Below, piece by piece: positions 30,683-41,792 of a stretch of 64,000 bases of DNA. The DNA comes from a virus (taxonomy: Duplodnaviria; Caudoviricetes): the IMG/VR virus record IMGVR_UViG_3300025011_000016. One strand, given 5' to 3'. The position numbers and the translations under genes are program-made. The notes beneath the pieces are model-generated. The model worked only from the letters and a program-made list of their open reading frames with translations. It made no database searches and was not told the DNA's origin. The first letter of the stretch is position 1, and each line of letters starts with the position of its first letter.

Positions 30683-31678
30683 CTATTCGTTTAGATTAGC
30701 TAAATCAGAATATATTTTTACACCTTGTTGATCAACAATGTCTTCCATAATATATTGATTATTGATATAACTGCCATTAACAACAGCTAATATATTATAT
30801 AGTAGATAAGGAAAGGATTCTAATGCTAATAAAGCTGATGGATCATACATATTAATATACGATTCAAGATAATTTCTTACAGTTAAATCTTTAAAACCTA
30901 GATTTAATTCTTTCTTAGTAAGAGCTTGAATGAATGTAGATAAATCACTGTAGTCTTCAATCTTCATCATATCATTAACTTCTTTTAATATAAATAGATT
31001 GGCATTAACACAATTCTTAATAGAATAATTAAATGTCATTTCGGTATCTGAATGACCTAATATATTTATCATATAAAATTTAGATGCTAAAAATAAAACT
31101 TTTTGCATTTTATTCTTATCTGTATTAAGAGCATATTTCTTATTTAATACACGTGTAAATAAATTAGAGTATATAGACGAGCCATTAGTAATGATAACAT
31201 TTCGTCCAGAAACTTGATTACCATGATGGTAACATATCTTAGAAAGATAAGCTGCTTCCATGATACAATATAATTTCTTAGCGTCTATATTAATATCTCC
31301 ATTTTCTTTGTTCATTGTACCGTAACTATCAACGACTACAATAGCTACTACATTACCAGAATGATTACGGGTTAAGAAGAAAGGCATACACATTGGTAAT
31401 TTGGCATTATCGGGCGAATATATTAATACTATTTCACCAGATGATACAGCTTCAAGGATTTTAAATTTCAAAGGAAATTTAAAATTCTTATTTATAATTA
31501 TGAAAGATTCTTCTAAATTTTGCTGTTTAAGAATAGTACCATGTTGTAATATCTTATGTATATTACTGGAAAGGGCGTTGCCTGAGTTTAAATGTCTATA
31601 TACAAAAGTTTCTTCTAAAGATCTAAATGCCATATTATCAACCCCTTTATGTGGTTTTATTATAGAAATGTTGCTCAT
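30683..31678 (-). CDS. hypothetical protein
   Basis: Long ORF; GGAAGG before ATG 31678. Confidence 0.65.
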   Translation of the reverse strand: MSNISIIKPHKGVDNMAFRSLEETFVYRHLNSGNALSSNIHKILQHGTILKQQNLEESFIIINKNFKFPLKFKILEAVSSGEIVLIYSPDNAKLPMCMPFFLTRNHSGNVVAIVVVDSYGTMNKENGDINIDAKKLYCIMEAAYLSKICYHHGNQVSGRNVIITNGSSIYSNLFTRVLNKKYALNTDKNKMQKVLFLASKFYMINILGHSDTEMTFNYSIKNCVNANLFILKEVNDMMKIEDYSDLSTFIQALTKKELNLGFKDLTVRNYLESYINMYDPSALLALESFPYLLYNILAVVNGSYINNQYIMEDIVDQQGVKIYSDLANLNE

Positions 31679-31772
31679 AAAACCTTCCAATTAAAGACTA
31701 ACTACTATTTTATTTCAAGAAGAACTTTATAATAAGACAAAGATAAATTTTATAAAAGAGAGGAAGAATATA

Positions 31773-32429
31773 TTGAAATATAGTACAGGACATACAGTTT
31801 ATATGAATGAGTTTGGGGTGGAAGTTCCCTCTGTAACTACGATATTAAAGATTTTAAATAAACCTGCCCTATTACATTGGGCTAACTATCTGGGATTTAA
31901 GCGATTAAATATTAAAGATGTATTAGAGAAGTCCTCAAATATAGGAACTTTAGTGCATTCAATGGTATACGCTTATTTAATGGATAGATATTTTATTTTT
32001 ATAAATACTGAATTATGTAATATAAATACTCTTAAATATTATATGGATAATTTCTTAACATGGCGTAAAACTCATGATATTAAACCTATATTTGCTGAAA
32101 AGCAAATAACTTCTTTAGACTTTGGGGGTACTATAGATCTATATTGTGAGTTTGATAATAAGAAAACAATAATTGATTATAAAACAAGTAAAAGTTTTTA
32201 TTCATCAATGTTTCTTCAATTAGCAGGTTATACAATGCTTTTAGAGGAGAAAGGTTATATAGTAGAGCAAGTTGGTATTGTATTATTACATGAAACTGAT
32301 TATAAAGAAAAGTTTATAAGTCGAGATGAGTTATCAATATATATAGAGAATTTTAAATTAGTAGTGAAGTTATTTCATTCCTGGTTTGATTTAAATGCAG
32401 AAATATGGAAACGTAAACTATATGAGTAG
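31773..32429 (+). CDS. PD-(D/E)XK (RecB/Cas4-like) exonuclease
   Basis: PSVTTIL, GTLVH, GTIDL...IIDYKTS, QLAGY. Confidence 0.85.
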   Translation: MKYSTGHTVYMNEFGVEVPSVTTILKILNKPALLHWANYLGFKRLNIKDVLEKSSNIGTLVHSMVYAYLMDRYFIFINTELCNINTLKYYMDNFLTWRKTHDIKPIFAEKQITSLDFGGTIDLYCEFDNKKTIIDYKTSKSFYSSMFLQLAGYTMLLEEKGYIVEQVGIVLLHETDYKEKFISRDELSIYIENFKLVVKLFHSWFDLNAEIWKRKLYE

Positions 32430-33627
32430 TGAGAAAGCCTATGTGATAATAAATCTCGCTGATGTGCATTTCGGATCTTTACCTGCAAAAGAATTATATG
32501 ATCAGTTAAATAAAATTTTCTTAAAGAAGTTGGAAGAACTTCCCATAGTAGATGCCATAATAATTGATGGTGATTTATGTCATTTTAAGTTATCTATGAA
32601 TTCACCTCATGCAAAGTATTTAGCACAATTTATTTCTAGAATGATAGAGATTGTAAATAAAAAGAATGTTAAAACTAAGAAGAAAACTAAAATCAGAGTA
32701 GTTAAAGGTACTAAATCACATGATGAACTTGATCAGTTAGAAGTATTAGAAGTGTTTGCTAAAAACTCTAAATGTGATTTTAGAGTTATATCAACTGTTG
32801 AAGAAGAATATCTTTTTGATGATTTATTAGTGTTATATATACCAGAAGAATATTTGGACAATAAAGATGAATACTATAAGGATTATTTTTCTACTAAGAA
32901 TAAATATGATATGATTTTTGGTCATGGTTTAGTGGGAGAAGTAGCTTTTGCCGCTAGTAAACAAGAAGGTGAAACTACTTTAGCTAAAGCTCCTATATTT
33001 AAATCAGATCAATTATTATATATATGTCGCGGAATTGTGTTCTTTGGTCACATTCATAATTCGCAAGTTATTAAAGATAGAATATTCTATGTTGGTTCAT
33101 TTTCCAGATATGCTTTTGGTGAGGAGAATGAAAAAGGCTTTTACATAACAACATACTCACCATCTAATGGTAATTTCTTAAATGAATTTGTCGTTAATAC
33201 ATTAGCAAAGAGATTTGATACTGTAATAATAGATTATGGATCGAGTTTATTTAAGAATTCAGATAATCAACAAATTGAATACTTAACAAGTATAGTTAAT
33301 AATTTAGTTATTGATAATTTAAGATTGATTATTAATATACCAGAAGATTATCCTAATGCTTTATTACTTACTAATATGATACATGAAACCTTTAGTAAAC
33401 AAATGAATATTAAAATCATCATAAACAATAATGCTAAGATGAGACAAAAACGAGAAACTGACGAAAAGATTAATTTGTTATTAACTAGATATGGATTAAT
33501 ATTTGATAAATCCATATCACATGAAGAAAAAATATCTGAATTTATTAAGATCAAATATAATAAAGAAATTTCCGTAGAGAAGATTCGTATGTATCTTTAT
33601 GAGAAGATACTTAAGGAGGCTATATAG
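32422..33627 (+). CDS. SbcD/Mre11-like metallophosphoesterase nuclease
   Basis: DVHFG, DGD, GTKSHD, GHG, GHIH motifs; start taken at ATG 32422. Confidence 0.85.
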   Translation: MSSEKAYVIINLADVHFGSLPAKELYDQLNKIFLKKLEELPIVDAIIIDGDLCHFKLSMNSPHAKYLAQFISRMIEIVNKKNVKTKKKTKIRVVKGTKSHDELDQLEVLEVFAKNSKCDFRVISTVEEEYLFDDLLVLYIPEEYLDNKDEYYKDYFSTKNKYDMIFGHGLVGEVAFAASKQEGETTLAKAPIFKSDQLLYICRGIVFFGHIHNSQVIKDRIFYVGSFSRYAFGEENEKGFYITTYSPSNGNFLNEFVVNTLAKRFDTVIIDYGSSLFKNSDNQQIEYLTSIVNNLVIDNLRLIINIPEDYPNALLLTNMIHETFSKQMNIKIIINNNAKMRQKRETDEKINLLLTRYGLIFDKSISHEEKISEFIKIKYNKEISVEKIRMYLYEKILKEAI

Positions 33628-33629
33628 TT

Positions 33630-36600
33630 TTGGTTAATAAGAAATTTAAACTATCTATAAATGAGCAACCAAAAAAAATTGCCATCAAATTTGACATTTC
33701 GATTTTGAATTCTATGATCGGGTTTTTATTTAAACAATCAGTGCAAATTAATAGGAAAGCTCTTAATAATATGAAAAAATTATTTGATATTATTGATACA
33801 ACGATATATGAAGGTAATGATAAACTTGAAGCACGACTTAATTTTATAAAAACAGCTTTGGACGCTCGCATAACTAAACAATTCGAAAATGAAAGTATGA
33901 TTATAAATTTCTGTCGCGGTGATACTTATAATAAAGATACTGAAGAAATTATATCAGCAATCGGGGCCTATCGCAGAATAAACTACGAGGAGATAAAATT
34001 TATAAACAAAGCAATCCAAGATAGATTGAAATACTCTTATCTATTAGATATTAAAGATAGAATGTATAATGTTGTAGAGAAAATAGATTCTGGGGATTTT
34101 GAAAGCTTTCAGGATGTTAATGATGAATTAGTTGGACTATGTTCTCACCTATTGAATAAAACCAGAAAAACAAGTGTTCTTGATGATGTGACAACTTTTA
34201 GTTTAGATTCAGAATCATTTGAAACATCGATTACAGATATAGTCAATGCTCTCAGAGATCCATCAAAAAAATATAGGTGGCATTGTAGAGTAATTTACAA
34301 TGATAAACTTCTTTAATTGCGGGAAATCTCTTAGAGCTTCTTAATTGAAGATTGAGTAATCTGCATCCAATATTGTTAATACAACAATAAGGTTCAACGA
34401 CTAGAGTGTAAACTCGTAGATATATGAAATATATCGAAATGGGAAGCATCCTTGATGAAAAAGGTTGATGATATAGTCTTGTATCTTAATGTAAATTAAG
34501 GAAGTTCATAAGAGAACTGTATAGGAGTACATACCTATATGAAAAAACGCACGTATTTTGAAAACAGGCTTGAAAATGCTGAACCAGATACTGGCCCCTG
34601 GCTTTATATCTAAACGATTGTATATGTTTTTAGGCTTACCAGCTTATAAATAAGGTTGGCTCATTGGTAACAATGTGATATAAACTTCTTTAATTGCGGG
34701 GAACTTCTCATAGCTTTATACTAATAAAGATTGGACAATCCGCATCCAATATTCTTATAATAAGAATAAGGTTCAACGACTAGAGTGTAAACTCGTAGAT
34801 ATCGATAATATTGAAATGGGAAGCTCTCTTATTATATAAGAGATGAAGAGATAGTCTGGTATCCTATATTAATATAGGGAAGTTCATTTGAGAACTGTAT
34901 AGATTAATTATCTATATGAACATATCGGGTTTTAAATCAGGTATATTATTGAAAACTGCTAGAGATATAAAAAAGTATAATAAAGGAATTAAACCTAAAA
35001 AAGCAGGTAAAAAACCATGTGTATTATTACTAACACTTGAAAACTCAATTAGTGAATCCGTAGAGAGATTATTTAACATGGTTAGTACTTCTGAGGATAT
35101 TAGGAATTTTACTCCTAAGCAAGTTATTAAGAAATTAAAAGAAGATGGTGAATTAGTATTAACTGATGATGACGATATTGATATTATTATTAAATATTAT
35201 CCAAATAGAAGTATTGATACCTCTGATATATATACTATAGTTGAAGAATTAGCTGATGATGACAAAGAGGTAATAGCTTTAATTTTAGACTATATTAAAA
35301 GAATACGACCTGCTGAAAAAGCTAGTGACGAAAAAGAAGAATTAAAGAATATTACCAATGAATTGAAGAATCTAGCTACAGAATTAGATATACCAGTTAT
35401 TTCAGCCCATCAATATAGGGTGGCTTTATAGAGTGATTTATAAAGAGAACTTTTTTAATTGCAGGAAACTCCTTAGGACTTTATATAATAAAGATTGGAC
35501 AATCTGCATCCAATATTGTTAATACGACAATAAGGTTCAACGACTAGAGTGTGAACTCGTAGATATATAAGTTAATGATATATCGAAATTGAAAGCATCT
35601 AATAAGATGGTGATATAGTCTTGTATCCTATAGAAATATAGGGAAGTTCTTAAGAACTGCATTATATTACGAATAATGTGAAAATCGCAAATGAATAGAG
35701 CTGGAGCAAGTTCAGTTGATGCCGCATTACAAGCTAATAAAGAAGACTTGGCTAAATTTGTAGGTAGAGCCAATGTTGGAAGTGCCTATATTTCATGGGC
35801 CGCATGATGGTAATGTCATGTTGATACTTTTTTAATTGCAGGAAACTCCTTAGGACTTTATATAATAAAGATTGGACAATCTGCATCCAAGATTCTTACA
35901 TAAGAATAAGGTTCAACGACTAGAGTGTGAACTCGTAGATACTTTATGTATCGAAATGGAAAGCAACCTAATTTATAGGTTGAAGAGATAGTCTGGAATC
36001 CTAATGAGAATTAGGGATGTTTGAATAGAACTGGATTATATTACAAGTAATCTGAACATTACGGGGAAGTTTGTATAGAAGCTTCAACATACAGTAATGT
36101 ATGTTTTAAATTTTCTTTAATTGTCGGGGATCTCCTTATAGCTTAAACTACTTTCAATATAGTAATAATGTTTAAGATTGGACAATCCGCATCCAAGTCT
36201 CCCAAAAGAGAAAGGTTCAACGACTAGAGTGTAAACTCGTAGATACATTACGTATCGAAATAAGAAACCCCTTTATATAAAAAATATAGAGGGTGAAGAT
36301 ATAGTCTTGTATCCTAATTAATAATAGGGAAGTTCATAAGAGAACTGTATAAGTTTATGACTTATATGAAAATAACGACTTGAAAACTCAGATTGGGTAT
36401 GTATCATAAACGTCGAGCGTAAGAAAGGAACCGATCAATATTACTTAACCTTTAAAAGAGTTAAGATTCGTTATAGAGATCCAAATGATTTAGGTTATTT
36501 CAATCATCCATTTGATATTCAAAATAGAATGAAGCTTATTGACGACATATATTTAGAAAAATCATTATCTGAAGAAAGTCTAATGAGTGATTTTGAAGGT

Positions 36601-36717
36601 ATTGACGAGAATGTAAATAAAAAAGGTAAACGTAATGCTGTTGAAAGAGACGTTATTGATGATGATGATAAAAATGATTTATTTGACTTCACTAGAGCTA
36701 TTAATAAAACTGCATAA
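33630..36717 (+). CDS. dnaB: DnaB-like replicative helicase; 6 exons 33630-34263, 34550-34644, 34928-35410, 35688-35787, 36064-36070, 36378-36717, about 552 aa
   Basis: Spliced length 1659 nt, open; restores Walker A GLPA|GFKS, LTLEN, ILDY, ISAH|QMNR and A|WEV|LENSD. Confidence 0.88.
34264..34549 (+). ncRNA. group I intron (ORF-less, 286 nt)
   Basis: P1 CCAU/GUGG; P/Q/R/S; phase-1 junction T|CA gives Ser. Confidence 0.85.
34645..34927 (+). ncRNA. group I intron (ORF-less, 283 nt) inside Walker A
   Basis: P1 CCAGCU/GGUUGG; P/Q/R/S; joins LPA|GFKS. Confidence 0.9.
35411..35687 (+). ncRNA. group I intron (ORF-less, 277 nt)
   Basis: P1 CCAU/GUGG; P/Q/R/S; joins SAH|QMNR. Confidence 0.88.
35788..36063 (+). 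ncRNA. group I intron (ORF-less, 276 nt)
   Basis: P1 GCCU/GGGC; P/Q/R/S; T|GG gives Trp. Confidence 0.88.
36071..36377 (+). ncRNA. group I intron (ORF-less, 307 nt)
   Basis: P1 GAAGU/GCUUC; P/Q/R/S; GT|A gives Val. Confidence 0.88.
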
Positions 36718-36758
36718 AAAAATAAAGAATACACTTAAATGTGTATTCTTTATTTTTT
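36717..36758. terminator. bidirectional terminator after dnaB
   Basis: AAATAAAGAATACAC...GTGTATTCTTTATTT. Confidence 0.78.
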
Positions 36759-36767
36759 AAGGTTTTA

Positions 36768-37103
36768 TTATAAGTTCATATCAATCCGCTTGAAATTTAA
36801 TGTTAATCTATAACCTTCATTATAATGATCATCTGATTGTTCCAATATACCTAAAGTGACTAAATGTCTAATACCTCTTGAAACAGCGGATTTATGTATA
36901 TTGAGCAATCGACTTATTTTCACTTGGGTTATCTGTTTAAATTTTTTATCGTCTAAAGCAACTATTAGATAAATTAGTATTCGATACTCCGCTTTCGTTA
37001 AATCAACTTCCCCTTCAATAATAGTTTTACAAAAATTAATAATAAAATCATACCCATTATCACATTCCATCATAATAATAACCTCCGTTATTTTATACTG
37101 CAC
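36768..37103 (-). CDS. winged-helix DNA-binding protein
   Basis: ITQVKISRLLNIHKSAVSRGIRHLVTLG HTH. Confidence 0.75.
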   Translation of the reverse strand: MQYKITEVIIMMECDNGYDFIINFCKTIIEGEVDLTKAEYRILIYLIVALDDKKFKQITQVKISRLLNIHKSAVSRGIRHLVTLGILEQSDDHYNEGYRLTLNFKRIDMNL

Positions 37104-37155
37104 TAATGAGATTGGATAACTGGTAATATAATATTACCAGTTATCCAATATTTAA

Positions 37156-37548
37156 TTAGTCGTCTTCTCTTGGTGGATGTTTAATTTTAGATTTGGAACG
37201 ATCTTCTCTTGGGAATTTTAGACTTAGGCGAAACGTCCCTTTGTCCTCATCAATCAATCCACATACCCTTAACTTCTTTAGATTACGTAAGAAGGTTTTC
37301 TCTCTAATACCTAGCTCACGCATCATGGATGGTGGATGGATTACTCTGAAGGTTTGATGTGATAAGGTACGTAGAAAATAGATTAACATTCGATACTCAT
37401 TACGCCCCAGTGTTTCACCATCAACGATCATTTTAGAAAATGCTGTAAGATACTCCTCTCTTGTAAGTGATTTGGTGGCATCTGAATTGTCTGATAATTG
37501 TCTCAAAATCTCTTTTCTTCTTGCTGATTCAACTTGTCTTTGTGACAT
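37156..37548 (-). CDS. winged-helix DNA-binding protein (related to 36768-37103)
   Basis: LGRNEYRMLIYF resembles LTKAEYRILIYL; MMRELGIREKTFLRNLKKL HTH. Confidence 0.65.
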   Translation of the reverse strand: MSQRQVESARRKEILRQLSDNSDATKSLTREEYLTAFSKMIVDGETLGRNEYRMLIYFLRTLSHQTFRVIHPPSMMRELGIREKTFLRNLKKLRVCGLIDEDKGTFRLSLKFPREDRSKSKIKHPPREDD

Positions 37549-37680
37549 ATAAAATCATCCTCCCTTTAATATTATGTAGTATTCTTAGTAATAATATATA
37601 TTTATATATAGTAATAAATATTTTTCGTATTAACGTATTTAAACATAATGGTAAAGATATTATATAAGGAGGTTATTGAT

Positions 37681-39351
37681 ATGGCTAGAAAGATAAAAGT
37701 CCGACGAGGACTTGAAGCTAACATAAAACAACTTGATGAAGCCGAATTTGGATTTACTGTTAATACCAAAAAGACCTTTATAGGTTCTGATATTGGTAAT
37801 ATTGAATTGGCTAACCAGGGTAGTCTTGATGAGTATAAGGCTGATAATGCGAAATACTTTATTAATGCCTTACGTCCACCAGTACCTATAGTTGGAGTAC
37901 CTACAGATGGGAGCGACATTGGGCCTGCACTAACAAATATAATTAATTATGCCAATGGGATTAGAGTATTTTTACCGGAAGGTGACTATAATCTTTACAC
38001 TGAAATTGTCAGAAACAATACTTTAGCTGAAACGGAAAAAATTCCGTTAAAACTTTTCGGTGCAGGACTTGATAAGACTAGAATATTTAACTTTGTGGAA
38101 AATGGTAGTGCTATTAGAGCTGAAGCTAATATTGGTGCTGATGGTGTCGGATTTGGTGTATTCGCAAAGGGAGGGTATATTGAAGACCTTAGTATATTAG
38201 GGCAGATAGGTGTCGCTAATTCTAGCGGTTTAACAATATCTTCTAATTGGTTCTTTGATCTTAGAAAAGTATTGATATATGGTCACTCGGATTACGGTGT
38301 AAATGTTACGGGAGTTGTAGGCATAAACCCTGACTACGTAGCATCTTTAGGGCTTAATATTAAGTCATGTATCCTAACGAGTAATAGAATTAATCTCTAT
38401 TCAGATTTTTATAATGTAGTACCCATGTTATTGGTAGAACTATCTATGATTTCAACTGCAACGGAATATGGTGTGAAAATGGGACCATCAACACACATTA
38501 AGTTTTCGCAAAATAGTATATCTGGCAATACTTTGGGTGGGATATGGCTCTATGGTACAAGTTACAAGGGAAAGGGTATTGAAATTCTAAATAATGAATT
38601 TGATGATAATGGTAGTGGTATAGGAGACTTTAATATCCAACTTGAACGTGCAAGTATGCCCGATATTAAACACAATATGTTTATCCTTCGGACTCCGGGT
38701 GTCGATGGTGTTGTGTTAGGTACTGACACGGCTATAACTACAGAAAATGTTTGTTATTTTGCCGATGTAGACAAAAACACATTCAATGTAAATTATGACA
38801 TCACAACAGTCTCCGGTAATCCAGTTGGATTAAGGTGCAAAAATAGTGCTGACAATACCCGATATGGTAAAAGTTTTGTAAATTTATTAGGTGAAACTAG
38901 TGGTAAATTTATTCATGTTGCTGAAACATTGAAAACAGATGCCTCTAGGGGGTATATAAATACCGCTAATACACTTATAGAAAATGATTACAGAGATACT
39001 CCAGACAGGTATATAGTTGGACCATTCCGAAAAAAACGCTTCGAGGTAACAATAGCACAAGATTCCGTTTTCTCTTTTATTCCTGCTAAAGCCAATGGGA
39101 AGTTATACATTAGTAAGGATGGCTATGCCAACCAAACCGCTGATATAAGATATAGGTGTATTGTAGGAGCTGAGGTTTGTGCCCACAACGTTGTCATAGT
39201 CGGAACGATTGTTGATGTATCTATATTACCGTTGACGGGCACGACAGGAACGGTTAATCGCATGACTGTTAGTGCATCTGGTCATACAATAATGTTTGAA
39301 AATCGCCAAGGTGGGCCTGTGACTATCACGTTTGAGCAAGGTTCTGTTTAA
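37681..39351 (+). CDS. second tailspike/depolymerase (beta-helix)
   Basis: N-terminus MARKIKVRRG...NIELANQGSL is homologous to 28295-30034; VFLPEGDY pectate-lyase-3-like motif; AGGAGG before ATG 37681. Confidence 0.8.
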   Translation: MARKIKVRRGLEANIKQLDEAEFGFTVNTKKTFIGSDIGNIELANQGSLDEYKADNAKYFINALRPPVPIVGVPTDGSDIGPALTNIINYANGIRVFLPEGDYNLYTEIVRNNTLAETEKIPLKLFGAGLDKTRIFNFVENGSAIRAEANIGADGVGFGVFAKGGYIEDLSILGQIGVANSSGLTISSNWFFDLRKVLIYGHSDYGVNVTGVVGINPDYVASLGLNIKSCILTSNRINLYSDFYNVVPMLLVELSMISTATEYGVKMGPSTHIKFSQNSISGNTLGGIWLYGTSYKGKGIEILNNEFDDNGSGIGDFNIQLERASMPDIKHNMFILRTPGVDGVVLGTDTAITTENVCYFADVDKNTFNVNYDITTVSGNPVGLRCKNSADNTRYGKSFVNLLGETSGKFIHVAETLKTDASRGYINTANTLIENDYRDTPDRYIVGPFRKKRFEVTIAQDSVFSFIPAKANGKLYISKDGYANQTADIRYRCIVGAEVCAHNVVIVGTIVDVSILPLTGTTGTVNRMTVSASGHTIMFENRQGGPVTITFEQGSV

Positions 39352-39449
39352 GTCGTATTTGACGCATTATACGACATAAAAACGTATATTTAAATAATAT
39401 AATTAGAGATTTAAAATCTCTAATTATATTATTTTTTTTCAAAATTATA

Positions 39450-39881
39450 TCATAAACCATTCTCCTGTCTATTCTTTTTTAATTCATTTTTCTCTAAGAT
39501 TAATATTTCATTTAATAAATTAAAGACATCTGTAGTAAATAGTTTTAATTTCTTTAAATTGAATTGTGTTATGCTGGTTAAATTATTTATTCGTAATATA
39601 GATGACCATAATTCTGTAGTCCCATACATTTCAAAGCATAAAGCTTTCGGTTGATAAATATATTTAATGAATTCAGTTTCTGTTAAAGTAACGTCCATTA
39701 TTACAGATTGCAGATAATCAATATATTTATCAATTAAAGAGACATTATTTATAACAATAGTGGTTAAATCAGGTAATATTAAAGTTGATTTATAATGTAA
39801 CTTATCATGAGATATGTCTAACCTCTTATTATATGAAATAAGAGACTCTAAAGTATTACATTTGGTTATTTTATTAGCCAT
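39450..39881 (-). CDS. putative baseplate/LysM-like protein
   Basis: Y..QPKALCFEMYGT.ELW..IL..NNL pattern. Confidence 0.45.
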   Translation of the reverse strand: MANKITKCNTLESLISYNKRLDISHDKLHYKSTLILPDLTTIVINNVSLIDKYIDYLQSVIMDVTLTETEFIKYIYQPKALCFEMYGTTELWSSILRINNLTSITQFNLKKLKLFTTDVFNLLNEILILEKNELKKNRQENGL

Positions 39882-39908
39882 TATATTAGCCTCCAATTAT
39901 AATATTAA

Positions 39909-40499
39909 TTAAAGAGTATATTCCCCAGCTTTCTTATGTACCCCTAAGATTTTATCTGGTGTTATAGGAGTTCCATTTACCATAATACCCCAGTCTCCTT
40001 TAGATGATACTGTGCCACTTGATGAAGACGATCCGGTTGAATATCGTACAGTATCTCCAACATTTATCATTTCCAATATATCGTATGCTGGATTTCTAAT
40101 AAAAACAGGTTTACTATTATCAGCATATTGCTCATTGAATTCATCATCTATTAACCATATATTACGAATATTTTTATCAACTACTTTACACGCCAATCTA
40201 GTTCCTTTTAATATATTACTAGGGGTAAATCTAAACCAACAATTTTTAAATCGTTTTAATGTTACATAGTTTTGTACTATTATATCATTATTAGGGGTAG
40301 GTTTATTAGTTTTATCATTGATGAAAATATTGGTATCCACGACTTCTTTTAATCTTGATGGAATATTGGTATAATTAAAAAGTGGCATCAACTTAGGTAT
40401 AAATACTTTAAATATTGAACTGTTGTTAGGAGTATCCTCCATAATGAAACAATACTCTGTTGAATTTAATTCTAATTTCTCCAATGATTCAAATCCCAT
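39909..40499 (-). CDS. putative baseplate-associated protein
   Basis: FKVFIPKLMP; TACA-N6-TA upstream. Confidence 0.4.
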   Translation of the reverse strand: MGFESLEKLELNSTEYCFIMEDTPNNSSIFKVFIPKLMPLFNYTNIPSRLKEVVDTNIFINDKTNKPTPNNDIIVQNYVTLKRFKNCWFRFTPSNILKGTRLACKVVDKNIRNIWLIDDEFNEQYADNSKPVFIRNPAYDILEMINVGDTVRYSTGSSSSSGTVSSKGDWGIMVNGTPITPDKILGVHKKAGEYTL

Positions 40500-40584
40500 A
40501 AATTCACCTCATTTGTATCTTATATTAATATAATGTAGTTTAAAATAAAAAAATAAGTGATTGCTCACTTATTTCTTAAATGAA

Positions 40585-41460
40585 TTATTTAACCATTCTG
40601 TATTCAAGTTTAGTAATTAACTTAGTTGTCTTATCAACATTGGCTAAAATTTCTGTCGTTTTAGTATCATTGATAAATTTACAGTGAGTTTCATTCGTTA
40701 CGGCATTATCTATAGATTCATAAGGAGAACCGATATCCTTAGTTAGATCATCAAAAGGTGATCCAACCGTTATTCCGAAGATATCATACATACTTTTACC
40801 AGTTATCTTAACTGACTTAATGATACCTGTTGTACCATCAGTACAAAGTTCTAGATTACTAGAAATTAAATATAGATCATCAGACTCATTGGTAATGTAT
40901 TTACTTCTGATAGTTAAAGTGTCACCACTATTGATACGTTTCATAGTGGAATCCAGATAATTGGCAGCATTTAATGTCAACATATCATCCATAAGTGAAT
41001 GTGGTACAATTGACACTGTAGAAACTTTATCATTTTTAACTCCAGTTATCAACACAAGAAAACTAGATTTATCCCTTAAGTATATAGCCATAGTCCTATC
41101 ACCTTTTGGTATCAAACCATCGGGTGTGCCCAATCGTTTAACATTTTCATCGAACGATGAATCTAGAGTAACACCCGATAGTTTATATATGTCTGAAGTT
41201 TCTTTTGTGACTAGGTTATTGGCTAAGGTTATACTATTTACACCAGAATCCGAACCGATGAGCGAAACACCTGTATTATATTCATATTCAAATTGTTCTT
41301 TGTCATCACGTATAACTGTACTAGGCTTACCGACTTGCTTAACAACTTGTTGTTTATCGACAGCCATTAAATCAGATAAATCCCCTTTAGAAGTAGCACC
41401 ACAACCTGTTAACAGCATTAACATAATGGAACATAGAGTCATTAGAATGAATTTGCACAT
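40585..41460 (-). CDS. lipoprotein
   Basis: Signal peptide with lipobox LLTGC; internal repeats VVKQVGKP / VKRLGTP / DIGSP. Confidence 0.75.
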   Translation of the reverse strand: MCKFILMTLCSIMLMLLTGCGATSKGDLSDLMAVDKQQVVKQVGKPSTVIRDDKEQFEYEYNTGVSLIGSDSGVNSITLANNLVTKETSDIYKLSGVTLDSSFDENVKRLGTPDGLIPKGDRTMAIYLRDKSSFLVLITGVKNDKVSTVSIVPHSLMDDMLTLNAANYLDSTMKRINSGDTLTIRSKYITNESDDLYLISSNLELCTDGTTGIIKSVKITGKSMYDIFGITVGSPFDDLTKDIGSPYESIDNAVTNETHCKFINDTKTTEILANVDKTTKLITKLEYRMVK

Positions 41461-41498
41461 TTCTCTTTAACCTCTTTCTCTCTTTTAATTTATATGTT

Positions 41499-41663
41499 TT
41501 AGATAGTGGTACGTTGGGATACTTCAGTGAACTTGGAGAAACACAGTCGCATAGCATCTAGATTATCAGTAATAAGGGCTTTATTCATTTCAACTCGTAT
41601 TTCATCATACTTTCCTTTCCTTTCTTCAGCTTCCCTGTTTAACTTTTCAAGATACTCTTCCAT
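41499..41663 (-). CDS. small helical hypothetical protein (54 aa)
   Basis: Read manually, MEEYLEKLNREAEERK...; AGGAG and a TATATATTAT motif upstream. Confidence 0.6.
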   Translation of the reverse strand: MEEYLEKLNREAEERKGKYDEIRVEMNKALITDNLDAMRLCFSKFTEVSQRTTI

Positions 41664-41792
41664 AAAATAACAACTCCTTAATTTAATTATTGCTTAATAT
41701 TATAATATATATTTGAAATTCACTATGTTACGTTTTTATTTATGTCAGTACATTTATATAAATGGATCTAGTGATAAAAAGGATTTGATGTT

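Noticed and set aside
31773-32429. Cas4-like nuclease as part of a CRISPR-Cas locus
   Set aside because: No array, cas1 or cas2 in the window; it sits in a recombination/replication cluster with SbcD and DnaB.
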